Shown in pieces: positions 30,486 to 39,979 of a DNA stretch of 64,000 bases. The stretch is taken from the IMG/VR virus record IMGVR_UViG_3300042361_000498; one strand, written 5' to 3'. The first letter of the stretch is position 1, and every line of letters starts with the position of its first letter. Position numbers and translations under genes: made by a program. Origin of the DNA: a virus. Lineage: Duplodnaviria; Caudoviricetes. The notes under the pieces are model-generated. The model was not told where the DNA came from. It worked only from the letters and a program-made list of their open reading frames with translations, and ran no database searches.

Positions 30486-31445
30486 ATGGTAAACACTACT
30501 AAAAAACTACGTTATATATGCGCTCAACCTGCTATTACTTATTACATTTGGCAGGTTGAAGTAATGTTAAACAATTTTATGCAGATGGGTATCAATTTAA
30601 ATAATATTGATATTGTATGCTGGCAACAAAATGATGAACTACCTGAAGAATGGAGTAAACTATCTAACAATTATGAAGCTAGATTCTTTTTTTATAGGGA
30701 TACTAGAGAAACTCATCATTACATTTCATCAATCCGTCCTAATATTTTAAAGCAACATTGGAAAGCGCATCCTTATCTTAAAGATGATACCATATTTTAC
30801 CACGATTGCGATATTATATTTACCAAAAATATAAAGGAATGGATAACGGATGAGATGATAAATGATGATAAATGGTATGGTTCGGATACTAGATGGTACA
30901 TATCACACTCTTATATCAAATCTAAAGGTGATGATGTAATACAAAAGATGTGTGAGTTAATGGAATTGCCTGAAACACTTATTGAAGGTAATGAACTAAA
31001 CGCAATTGGTGCACAATATCTAATGAAAGGTGTTGATTATGATTATTGGAATAGAGTAGAATCGGATTCAGAAATGCTATTCAAAGAAATTACCGAACAA
31101 TGTAATGAAAAAGTAAAGAAAGACCCTACACACCACCCTTTACAAATATGGTGTGCAGATATGTGGGCTGTATTATGGGGAGGTTGGAGATTGGGATATG
31201 AGACAGTATGTCATCCTAACTTTGATTTTAGTTGGGCTACGTCTGGTATAGATGATTATTATAAAATGAACATCATGCATAACGCAGGTGTAACAAACTC
31301 AACATCAGGTATGTTTTACAAAGCAGACTATATAAATAAACTACCATATAATGAAAACATAATTATTGATAAAAATTATGCATCTTATTATTATTGGAAA
31401 GAAATATGTAGAACTTCTAAAAAATCAGTATTAACAAAAAAATAA
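30486..31445 (+). CDS. GT-A fold glycosyltransferase (HPAT/SERGT-like)
   Basis: FYHDCDIIF (DxD-type), GAQYLM, WCADMWA and IMHNAG motifs. Confidence 0.6.
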   Translation: MVNTTKKLRYICAQPAITYYIWQVEVMLNNFMQMGINLNNIDIVCWQQNDELPEEWSKLSNNYEARFFFYRDTRETHHYISSIRPNILKQHWKAHPYLKDDTIFYHDCDIIFTKNIKEWITDEMINDDKWYGSDTRWYISHSYIKSKGDDVIQKMCELMELPETLIEGNELNAIGAQYLMKGVDYDYWNRVESDSEMLFKEITEQCNEKVKKDPTHHPLQIWCADMWAVLWGGWRLGYETVCHPNFDFSWATSGIDDYYKMNIMHNAGVTNSTSGMFYKADYINKLPYNENIIIDKNYASYYYWKEICRTSKKSVLTKK

Positions 31446-31507
31446 TAAATAATCGTTTTGATAAATAAAAAAACATATATTTATATATAAACATATAGAA
31501 TAAAATT

Positions 31508-31792
31508 ATGGCACAACGTAGTGAACAATTAGCAGAAGAAACTTATAATAAATTAAGAAATCTGCAAGACGAAATAAATAATTTAGTTGTAACAATTGGA
31601 CAAGCGCATTTGCAAATAAGAGATGCTGAAACTCAATTGAAAAACTTTAAATTCTCATTGGAAAATTTAGAAACTCAATTTGATGAAAAAAATGAAGAAT
31701 TAAATGAGGTATTGTATGTAATGGAAAAGGCATATCCAAAAGGAGAGATTGATTTAATTAATGGTACAATCACTTACGAAGAAGCTGAATAA
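31508..31792 (+). CDS. Small coiled-coil protein (paralog of 35208..35570)
   Basis: Heptads ending in AYPKGEIDLINGTI. Confidence 0.7.
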   Translation: MAQRSEQLAEETYNKLRNLQDEINNLVVTIGQAHLQIRDAETQLKNFKFSLENLETQFDEKNEELNEVLYVMEKAYPKGEIDLINGTITYEEAE

Positions 31793-31795
31793 AAA

Positions 31796-31827
31796 TTAGG
31801 AAATACCAAAAAAGTTTCGTATATTTG
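31796..31827 (+). promoter_or_regulatory. Bacteroidota sigma-A type promoter
   Basis: TTAG-N20-TATATTTG; the ATG lies only 5 nt after the -7 box. Confidence 0.7.
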
Positions 31828-31832
31828 TTATA

Positions 31833-34013
31833 ATGAATAATACACGTAAAAAATTGTTATACGTTGCTCCTCACTTATCTACTGGAGGACAACCACAATA
31901 TCTATTAAAGCAAGTTGAACATTTCTACAAAGATTACCAAATAAAGGTAGTTGAAGTTAGAAATAGTGGGGGTGATGCATTTGTGGTTCAAAAAAACAAA
32001 ATCAAAGCATTAGTTCCCGTACACACTTTATATGAGGATAAATCGGATATACTAAAAGTTATAGATGATTTTGAACCTGATATTATTCATTTTCAGGAAA
32101 TACCACAACACGATTTAGATTACGATATATTGGATAAAATATGGGATGATAATCGTAAGTATTTTATTATAGCAACAACACACGGCTCATTTACAGACCC
32201 CGATGCAATTATTTACCAACCCGATAGATATGTGTTAGTATCTGAATGGAGTAGAAGAAAGTTTGAACATTTGGGTGTTGATACTATGTTGTGGGAATAT
32301 CCAATTGAGGATATTAAATACGATAAAGATAAAGCAAAGGAGGTATTAGGATTTGAAAAAGATTGGAAGCACGTTCTTAATGTAGGATTGTTTGCTCCCG
32401 GCAAAAACCAAGCTGAAATATTTGAGGTAGCTAGATTGTTGGAAAAATATAAAATAAAATTTCACTTTGTAGGAAACCAAGCTGGAAACTTTGAGGATTA
32501 TTGGAAACCTTTGATGGATGATAAACCATCTAATTGTGTAGTGTGGGGGGAACGAAATGATGCTGATAAGTTTTACGCAGCAGCTGATTTCTTTTATTTC
32601 TCAACACTTTGGGAATTGAATCCATTATCAATTAAAGAAGCACTATCATATAAACTACCATGTATCTTTAGAAGGTTACATACTTATTTGGATACCTATG
32701 ATAATAATCCATTGGTAACTTATATTGATGGGGATGTACCTGCAACTAAAAAAATTATATTAGAACAATTAAAACCTGATTTTGGTGAAATAGAAGGGTG
32801 GTTCTACTATAATCATATGTATAAAGATATAGTTCAAGCTGGATATGATGGGTGTGAATTTGTAGAAGTTGGTGTGTGGAAGGGCAAATCTACCAATTAT
32901 ATGATTCAGAAAATAAAAGAGTCTGGTAAACGTATTCACTTTACAACTGTTGATACGTTTAAAGGAACTGAATCGGAACCTTGGCATAACCCAGTGGTTC
33001 AACATTATAATGGAGATTTATTTCCTGAATTTATTGATAACACATTATTATCAAACAACTATGGGTTATTTGATATTATAAAAGATAATTCCGTAAATGC
33101 AGCAAATCAATTTAAGAATAATAGTATTGATTATATAATGATTGATGCCGGGCATACTTACGAAGATGTTACAACTGATTTAAAAACTTGGTATAAAAAA
33201 GTAAAACCGGGTGGTATTATTAGTGGTGATGATTATACAATAACCGATGGTGTAACCAATGCTGCAAACGATTTCTTTTATGGGCAATTTGATAAAACGT
33301 ATTATAGGGCATTCTTACGAAAGAAACCTAGAATTCAAATCAAACATTTATTAACATCTCCATTTAACGCAAGAGAATATATTAGTATTGCTTCCATAAA
33401 ACAATTACAAAAATATGGAATTGATTACACTCAAAGTGTAACTGAAGTGTATAAAGATATTCCACCTACCGAACATTGTAGGAGACCCGAACATATAAGT
33501 AAAGATAATAAGCCGGGTGAGTTATGGCCTGGCGCTGGATTGGGTTGGATAACTGGTGGACATTATGGGTGTTATTTAGCACATAAGAACGCAGTTGATA
33601 GCTTGGATGATAAATACGATTACACTCTTATATTCGAAGCAGATGCGTTCATTTACACCGGTTTGGAAGAGTTTGTAGATATAGTTCACAAAGCGTGTTT
33701 CATTTCGGAAAGAGACGATGTGTACTATATTGGATTGGCAAATAACCCATCTCGTTCAAAAGAAAAGGTAGATGAATTATTTTCACAAACCGCACATAAC
33801 CAAGACCTTGCACATGCTTATTTGGTTAGAAACAAAGATAAACAATGGTGGAAAGATAGGATAGCAGATTGTGAATGGGATGTTGGTGATTTATGGTATA
33901 ATCACGTATTTGCTAAATATCCAATGAAAAGATATACTACAAACAAAATGTATAGTAATCAGACGGAGGGATTCTCATTATTAGACCAAACAATTAAAAC
34001 TTGGAACGTATGA
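31833..34013 (+). CDS. Three-domain enzyme: GT4 glycosyltransferase + class I SAM methyltransferase (Methyltransf_24-like) + GT25-like glycosyltransferase
   Basis: HLSTGGQP and FSTLWELNPLSIKEAL (GT-B); VEVGVWKGKS and IMIDAGHTY...KPGGIISGDDY (methyltransferase); GHYGCYLAH...LIFEADA (GT25-like). Confidence 0.8.
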   Translation: MNNTRKKLLYVAPHLSTGGQPQYLLKQVEHFYKDYQIKVVEVRNSGGDAFVVQKNKIKALVPVHTLYEDKSDILKVIDDFEPDIIHFQEIPQHDLDYDILDKIWDDNRKYFIIATTHGSFTDPDAIIYQPDRYVLVSEWSRRKFEHLGVDTMLWEYPIEDIKYDKDKAKEVLGFEKDWKHVLNVGLFAPGKNQAEIFEVARLLEKYKIKFHFVGNQAGNFEDYWKPLMDDKPSNCVVWGERNDADKFYAAADFFYFSTLWELNPLSIKEALSYKLPCIFRRLHTYLDTYDNNPLVTYIDGDVPATKKIILEQLKPDFGEIEGWFYYNHMYKDIVQAGYDGCEFVEVGVWKGKSTNYMIQKIKESGKRIHFTTVDTFKGTESEPWHNPVVQHYNGDLFPEFIDNTLLSNNYGLFDIIKDNSVNAANQFKNNSIDYIMIDAGHTYEDVTTDLKTWYKKVKPGGIISGDDYTITDGVTNAANDFFYGQFDKTYYRAFLRKKPRIQIKHLLTSPFNAREYISIASIKQLQKYGIDYTQSVTEVYKDIPPTEHCRRPEHISKDNKPGELWPGAGLGWITGGHYGCYLAHKNAVDSLDDKYDYTLIFEADAFIYTGLEEFVDIVHKACFISERDDVYYIGLANNPSRSKEKVDELFSQTAHNQDLAHAYLVRNKDKQWWKDRIADCEWDVGDLWYNHVFAKYPMKRYTTNKMYSNQTEGFSLLDQTIKTWNV

Positions 34014-35158
34014 TATACGAAAATTTAAAAAGAAATATAAATAATATAACCGAAGTAAAAAACAGCGTATCGGTTAATTTTGTTAAAGGTGCATTTGTAG
34101 AAATAAAAGGACCTTACAAAGCAGAGTACACCGTTGATTTTATAGATAATAGGAGTGGTAAACGTATATTTGCATCTGATATTGGAAATAATTGTTGGAC
34201 ACGGTGTACTAAAGAATATTTTGTAGAATGGAAAATACAAATTTATCAAAATGGAAAACTTTGGTATGAACATTTATATGATGCAACTGATAAGAGAGTT
34301 TACATCCCATTGGATTCAAAAGCATTGGGTGATACAATGGCTTGGTTTCCATATGTAGATGAGTTCCGTAAAAAACATAATTGTAAAGTTGTAACATCTA
34401 CTTTTATGAATGATTTATTTGTAGATGAATACCCTGAATTAGAATTTATTAATCCCGGTGAAGCAGCTGAAAACCTTTATGCAATGTATTCGGTTGGTTT
34501 ATTTTACAATGATAATAACGAACCAAACTTACAAAAAAACCCAAATGATTTTAGAAAACAACCATTGCAAAAAATGTGTTCGGATATTTTAGGATTAGAT
34601 TATGTGGAGGTTAGACCTAAAATAAAACACAATCCAATTGAAATAAATTCAGAATTAAAACAAATTACTATTGGTGTATTTGGTACGGCTCAACCTAAAT
34701 TTTGGAATAACAAAGATGGCTGGCAGTATGTAGTTGATTGGTTAAACTCAAAAGGATACACAGTCAAACTAATATCAAAAGAAGGAGATGATTATATGGG
34801 GAATAAATTACCAACGGGAATTGTTAAACATCCAAACGGTCCTTTGAGTGATGTAATTGATGAACTTAGAAAATCAAAAGCATTTATAGGAATTGGTAGT
34901 GGGTTGAGTTGGTTAAGTTGGGCAGTTAATACTCCAACGGTATTGGTGAGTGGATTCTCATATGATTGGGCAGAAATGCAAGATTGTGTAAGAATTGGTG
35001 CACCTGAAGGAAAGTGTAGTGGATGTTTCAATCGGTATAGATTAGATGCTGGTGATTGGAATTGGTGTCCTGACCACAAAGGTACGGATAGACAATTTGA
35101 GTGTACCAAATCAATAACACCACAATCGGTAATAAAAGAATTAGAAAAATTCTTATAA
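34010..35158 (+). CDS. Autotransporter strand-loop-strand O-heptosyltransferase family (AAH/TibC-like) glycosyltransferase
   Basis: SKALGDTMAWFPYVDEFRKKHNC, FIGIGSGLSWLSWA, and the Cys cluster CSGCFN...WNWCPDHKGTDRQFECTK. Start moved to ATG 34010 (ATGA overlap). Confidence 0.8.
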   Translation: MIYENLKRNINNITEVKNSVSVNFVKGAFVEIKGPYKAEYTVDFIDNRSGKRIFASDIGNNCWTRCTKEYFVEWKIQIYQNGKLWYEHLYDATDKRVYIPLDSKALGDTMAWFPYVDEFRKKHNCKVVTSTFMNDLFVDEYPELEFINPGEAAENLYAMYSVGLFYNDNNEPNLQKNPNDFRKQPLQKMCSDILGLDYVEVRPKIKHNPIEINSELKQITIGVFGTAQPKFWNNKDGWQYVVDWLNSKGYTVKLISKEGDDYMGNKLPTGIVKHPNGPLSDVIDELRKSKAFIGIGSGLSWLSWAVNTPTVLVSGFSYDWAEMQDCVRIGAPEGKCSGCFNRYRLDAGDWNWCPDHKGTDRQFECTKSITPQSVIKELEKFL

Positions 35159-35207
35159 AAATTAAAAAACAATATATTTATATATAAACAAACAAAACAA
35201 TAATATT

Positions 35208-35570
35208 ATGGCATTAAATGTTCCACAAATACAAAACGTAGAGATTGCAACTGCAAAATTGGATGAAGATGTAATTAAACAAATTCAAGAATTAAACCAA
35301 AAATCTTCTATATTAATTAATGAGTTTGGTTCAATATATCTTAGAAAACAACAAATTCAAGAAGAATCACTTCGTATGGATGAGTTTTTAGAAAAAGCTA
35401 ATGATGATTATAAAATGTATCAACAACAATTAAACGAAATTGGAGAGCAAATTGATGAAAAATATCCACAAGGTAGAATTAATATCCAAGATGGTACTGT
35501 TCAATATCAACCAGGTGCACCAACTCGTAAGCAATTAGCTGAGCAACAATCTCAACAAGCTAATCAATAA
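35208..35570 (+). CDS. Small coiled-coil protein (paralog of 31508..31792)
   Basis: Ends in KYPQGRINIQDGTV; late-type motif upstream. Confidence 0.7.
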   Translation: MALNVPQIQNVEIATAKLDEDVIKQIQELNQKSSILINEFGSIYLRKQQIQEESLRMDEFLEKANDDYKMYQQQLNEIGEQIDEKYPQGRINIQDGTVQYQPGAPTRKQLAEQQSQQANQ

Positions 35571-35616
35571 AAATTTATTCTATATTTATATAGTATAAAG
35601 AGTAATACTATATTTA

Positions 35617-38600
35617 ATGAGTGAATTATCTAACTTTTTAGTAGAAAGCATATTAGGGGAATCTGCCGAAATGGAAAACGTAATAGTTGTCTATTCTGGT
35701 AGATTTCAACCTTTTCATAAGGGGCACTTCGCCACATACAAACAACTTGTATCAAAATTCGGAAAAGATGATGTTTACATAGCAACATCCAATAAAACCG
35801 ATAACCAAAAATCTCCATTTGATTTCAGAGAGAAAAAAACCATAATGACTAAAATGTTTGGTATCCCATCAAACAAAATAGTTCAGGTTAAAAATCCATA
35901 TCAACCTACGGAAATTGTAAGTTCATACGATGCAGCTAAGACTGGTTTAATAGTTGTAGTTGGTGAGAAAGATGAACAACGTTTGGGTGGAAATTATTTT
36001 ACTCCATATAAAGGTAAGGTAGAGATGGGATATTTGGATAAGGGATACGTTTATGCTTCACCTGCTCAATCAAATCCTATAAGTGGAACTGATGTTCGTA
36101 ATTGGTTAAGTAAAGGAACTGATGACGAAAAGAAAGAGGGATTCTTAAAAGCATATCCAAAATTTGATGCAACTGTTTTCAAATTTATTACTCTAAAATT
36201 AGCAAAACTTTCTGAAGATATTAACTTAGATGTGAATGTAGGTGATACTCTTTTGATGGGCAAGTTTAAGAACAAAAGAGTAGTTGTAAAAAATATTGAT
36301 AAAGATGAGCATGGTATGCCAACTATCAATGGTAAGAAAGCAACTACATTTAGAATCCCACCAAAATCAAACCTATTTAATGAATCATCTAACTTTGGTA
36401 TGGCTGGTGCTGAACCAGGTGAACCAAACCCAAACTACGTTGCCGATGGACAAGCTCGTATATTAGATAAAGGGAAACCTGAAGGTTGGTTTAGACAAGG
36501 TGGATACACCCAAATAGATAAACCAAAGGGTGATTGGATGCGTGGTAAGGGTAGAAAAAAAGAATCGGAATCAACATTTAGAAAAGTAACATATTCACTT
36601 AAAAACTATAAAGAATCTGAACTAAATCCAGCGCAAGACCCATACCATACTGAAGATTGGGTAGAAACTGAACCAAAGAAAAAAATTAAAAAACCAAAAA
36701 GATTTTGGGAAGATACTGAAATGGATGTAAAAATATCATTAATATCTGAAGAAGAATTAAACGAAATTGCTGAAGATTATATAACCGCATTGGATGAAAT
36801 GGGATTGGGTGGAGGAGCCGGTGTTGGTTTATCTTTACCGGGTGGATACATAAATGGTGCTCCGAAAGCAGATGATGTTGCCAAAGTAAGTAAGAAGTTG
36901 AAGAATAAAGGTATGAGTGGGTATGAGGAGGTTGATGAAGAAACTATTTTAGAATATAGTGGAAATGGTGCATTCTACAACGATGGTAATGCAACAAGTG
37001 GTACAATGTGGAATGCTGATTGGGATGATTACAATAATGCAGAATACTATTTAGATAATTTAGAGGGTTGGTGTTTTTATCACGAAGACCCATCTGAATA
37101 TGAAAAGAAAAAATCAGTAGACCAAAAGTTACCAACGGATGACCAAAACGATGGAAAAACTGATAAGTACAATCGTATATTAAAATACAACTTTCCTAAA
37201 CCAGAAGATTTAACGGAGATGGCTAAATCTGATTTAGACCAGGTTGAGAAATATGCTGACCAACAATTATCTCCCGAAGATATTGAATTGGGAAAGGAAA
37301 CTGACCATTTTTTCCAAAGATTAAATGACCCTCGTAATGGTAAACAAATATCAGCAGCCGAATTAACTGGTTTCTTTAAAAGATTGGCAAAAAATAAAAA
37401 GAAATTTTTAGATTTTGTAAAACAATATAAGGAGTTTGTAGTTAAAGATAAGAGAACAAACATCAATATTCCATTTATGACAGTAGCAAACAAATTGATT
37501 GCTAAAACCATAATGAGAAAGGATGATTTCAAATCTTCAACACCAGTTTATGTATCCGAACAATCTTTGAGTGAAATTACAAAAGGTATCTACGGAAAGA
37601 AAATAAAAATCAATGGTGAAATAATTGAATTACAAGTTGAGTTAGTTGGGGCTGATAATAAAACAAATGAATTTATTACAAAAATAGTTCATATTGATAA
37701 AAAATATCAAAACAAATATCCAATTGGTTCTACACTAAAAGTACCGGCACGAATATTTAGATTACCCGGCGGTGGTTGGTACAAAGTTAAAAATAAAGCA
37801 TTTGAAGCAATAACTTCAAAAAATCATAAAGCAGATGGAACTGCTGACCACAATTTTACACAACATCATAAATCATCATCATATACACCTGATTATGGTT
37901 ATCCTGCTGAATTAGATACAATTGATTTTGATGATGATAGAGAAATAGAACCTGGTCATCAAACGGATACAAAAGATAAACAAAACAAAGGATACGAACC
38001 TGTTAAAAAAGTAAACGAAAGTAAAGATTTAATAATTGAAGGTGGGGCTTATGGACACATGCACCATCCGTTTGATATTGAAATGAACCTTACGTTCTCT
38101 GACCTAAAGAACATCGTTAAGAAAGCACTTACTGGAGATTTGGATGTAGCAAGAGAAAAAACCGATGGACAAGCATTGGCAATTAGTTGGGTAAATGGAA
38201 GATTAGTTGCTGCTAGAAACAAATCACATCTAAAGAATAAAGGTGAGGGTGCTATGACAATAGGACAGGTAGCTGATAAGTTTGCTGGTAGAGGCGGACT
38301 AACCGATGCTTACAACTTTGCTATGAGTGATTTATCAAAAGCAATTGGTTCATTATCCGAACCACAAAGAAAAAAAGTATTTAATGATGGAAGTTCGTTT
38401 ATGAATTTGGAAGTAATATATCCAACATCGGTAAACGTAATTCCATACAACCAACCACTATTAGTATTTCATGGTACATTTGATTATGATATCGATGGTA
38501 ATATAAGTGGTGAGAATCAACAATCAGCACGAATATTAGCTGGTATGATTAAGCAAGTAAATGCAAGTGTTCAATCCAAATACACAATACAAGGACCACC

Positions 38601-39231
38601 AATGCAGAAATTACCAAAGAGTGAGAATTTAACAAAACTACAATCAAAGTATATGAGTATGATATCTAAACTACAAAGTGAGTTTGGGTTATCTGATTCT
38701 GATGGGGTAGCTGATTATCATCAAGCGTGGTGGAGTAACTTTGTGGATAAAAACGCAAAAGGATTAGATGCACAAGAAAAGATTGGTTTGGTTAAGAGAT
38801 GGGCATTTGGAGATAAAGGATTCAGAATAGCAACAATACAAAACCCTAAATTAAGAAGTTGGGCAGACAATACTGAAAAGAAAGACCAAGCTAAAATAGC
38901 AAAAGATAACCTAATGAAATTTGAAGAAATATTCTTAGGTGTTGGTGCAGATGTACTTTCATTTATGGAATCAGTACTTACCGCAAATCCAACGGAAGCA
39001 ACTAAACAAATGGTAGCTAGATTACATAAGACGGTTGATGATGTTAGAAAGTTGGGAGACCCTAAGAAGTTGGATAAACTTAAATTAGAATTACAAAGAT
39101 TACAGGCATTAGGTGGATTTGAAAAGATAGTTCCAAATGAAGGTATCGTATTTGTATATAACGGAAACACTTACAAATTAACAGGAGCATTCGCTCCACT
39201 TAATCAAATATTAGGTCTTTTTTACGAATAA
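35617..39231 (+). CDS. Multidomain protein: N-terminal HxGH cytidyltransferase-like nucleotidyltransferase, internal modules, C-terminal DUF6267-like (KxDG ligase-like) domain
   Basis: GRFQPFHKGH and ISGTDVR; EGGAYGHMHHPFD and REKTDG; many hydrophobic-X-E junctions. Confidence 0.7.
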   Translation: MSELSNFLVESILGESAEMENVIVVYSGRFQPFHKGHFATYKQLVSKFGKDDVYIATSNKTDNQKSPFDFREKKTIMTKMFGIPSNKIVQVKNPYQPTEIVSSYDAAKTGLIVVVGEKDEQRLGGNYFTPYKGKVEMGYLDKGYVYASPAQSNPISGTDVRNWLSKGTDDEKKEGFLKAYPKFDATVFKFITLKLAKLSEDINLDVNVGDTLLMGKFKNKRVVVKNIDKDEHGMPTINGKKATTFRIPPKSNLFNESSNFGMAGAEPGEPNPNYVADGQARILDKGKPEGWFRQGGYTQIDKPKGDWMRGKGRKKESESTFRKVTYSLKNYKESELNPAQDPYHTEDWVETEPKKKIKKPKRFWEDTEMDVKISLISEEELNEIAEDYITALDEMGLGGGAGVGLSLPGGYINGAPKADDVAKVSKKLKNKGMSGYEEVDEETILEYSGNGAFYNDGNATSGTMWNADWDDYNNAEYYLDNLEGWCFYHEDPSEYEKKKSVDQKLPTDDQNDGKTDKYNRILKYNFPKPEDLTEMAKSDLDQVEKYADQQLSPEDIELGKETDHFFQRLNDPRNGKQISAAELTGFFKRLAKNKKKFLDFVKQYKEFVVKDKRTNINIPFMTVANKLIAKTIMRKDDFKSSTPVYVSEQSLSEITKGIYGKKIKINGEIIELQVELVGADNKTNEFITKIVHIDKKYQNKYPIGSTLKVPARIFRLPGGGWYKVKNKAFEAITSKNHKADGTADHNFTQHHKSSSYTPDYGYPAELDTIDFDDDREIEPGHQTDTKDKQNKGYEPVKKVNESKDLIIEGGAYGHMHHPFDIEMNLTFSDLKNIVKKALTGDLDVAREKTDGQALAISWVNGRLVAARNKSHLKNKGEGAMTIGQVADKFAGRGGLTDAYNFAMSDLSKAIGSLSEPQRKKVFNDGSSFMNLEVIYPTSVNVIPYNQPLLVFHGTFDYDIDGNISGENQQSARILAGMIKQVNASVQSKYTIQGPPMQKLPKSENLTKLQSKYMSMISKLQSEFGLSDSDGVADYHQAWWSNFVDKNAKGLDAQEKIGLVKRWAFGDKGFRIATIQNPKLRSWADNTEKKDQAKIAKDNLMKFEEIFLGVGADVLSFMESVLTANPTEATKQMVARLHKTVDDVRKLGDPKKLDKLKLELQRLQALGGFEKIVPNEGIVFVYNGNTYKLTGAFAPLNQILGLFYE

Positions 39232-39289
39232 TTTTTAACCTTTTTTCCAAAAAGTATATACTTATATATACGAATATATAGGAAATAAT

Positions 39290-39979
39290 ATGGCAAAAGA
39301 ATTCAATCGAAAGTACATGCATCCGACTCGTAGAAAGTTATCGGATATGGTATTACGTGGGCAGGAATATGAAACAAATGCACAAATCTCATTATCAGTA
39401 AATCCGGAAGCTAATATTACAAGAGAAGTTGGAGAAACTTGGACTGATTCAAACGGAGTTCAATGGGAACAAAAAAAATGGGGTAAGGAGCAGATATCAT
39501 CATTAAGTGATACAATGGCTGGAGTTAGAAACTATTTAGCAGAACTTAATAGATGTAAAGGTGTTGGATGCAAAACAATCAAATTAGGTAGAGTTGATAA
39601 AAAGTTAATATCCAAAACAGGATATTGTATAACGTGTCTTGCTATAAAAGAAACTCAAATAAAAACTGATGGATTGTGGGATGCATACGAAACCTACAAA
39701 TTAACATCAAATATGATTGACCATGGTACTGACGTACTTGCTCAATTTAATCAAGCATATAACGATGCAAAGCAGGAATATGAGTATGTAAACGAAAATG
39801 GTACAACTGAAAAGTGGACTATGGAAAGGCCTGTTGAGGAATTAAAAGCTGAAATATTATTAGAAATTACAAACGTAGAAGCTGAAGTTATACAAGTTAC
39901 AAAATTAAGAAATGAAGCTTGGGAATTACTAAAAGATAAAAATTATGATTTAGTAAAACCACCTAAAGATTTAGTATGA
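39290..39979 (+). CDS. Hypothetical Zn-binding protein coupled to the terminase gene
   Basis: CKGVGC...CITC; ATGA overlap with the large terminase. Confidence 0.6.
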   Translation: MAKEFNRKYMHPTRRKLSDMVLRGQEYETNAQISLSVNPEANITREVGETWTDSNGVQWEQKKWGKEQISSLSDTMAGVRNYLAELNRCKGVGCKTIKLGRVDKKLISKTGYCITCLAIKETQIKTDGLWDAYETYKLTSNMIDHGTDVLAQFNQAYNDAKQEYEYVNENGTTEKWTMERPVEELKAEILLEITNVEAEVIQVTKLRNEAWELLKDKNYDLVKPPKDLV

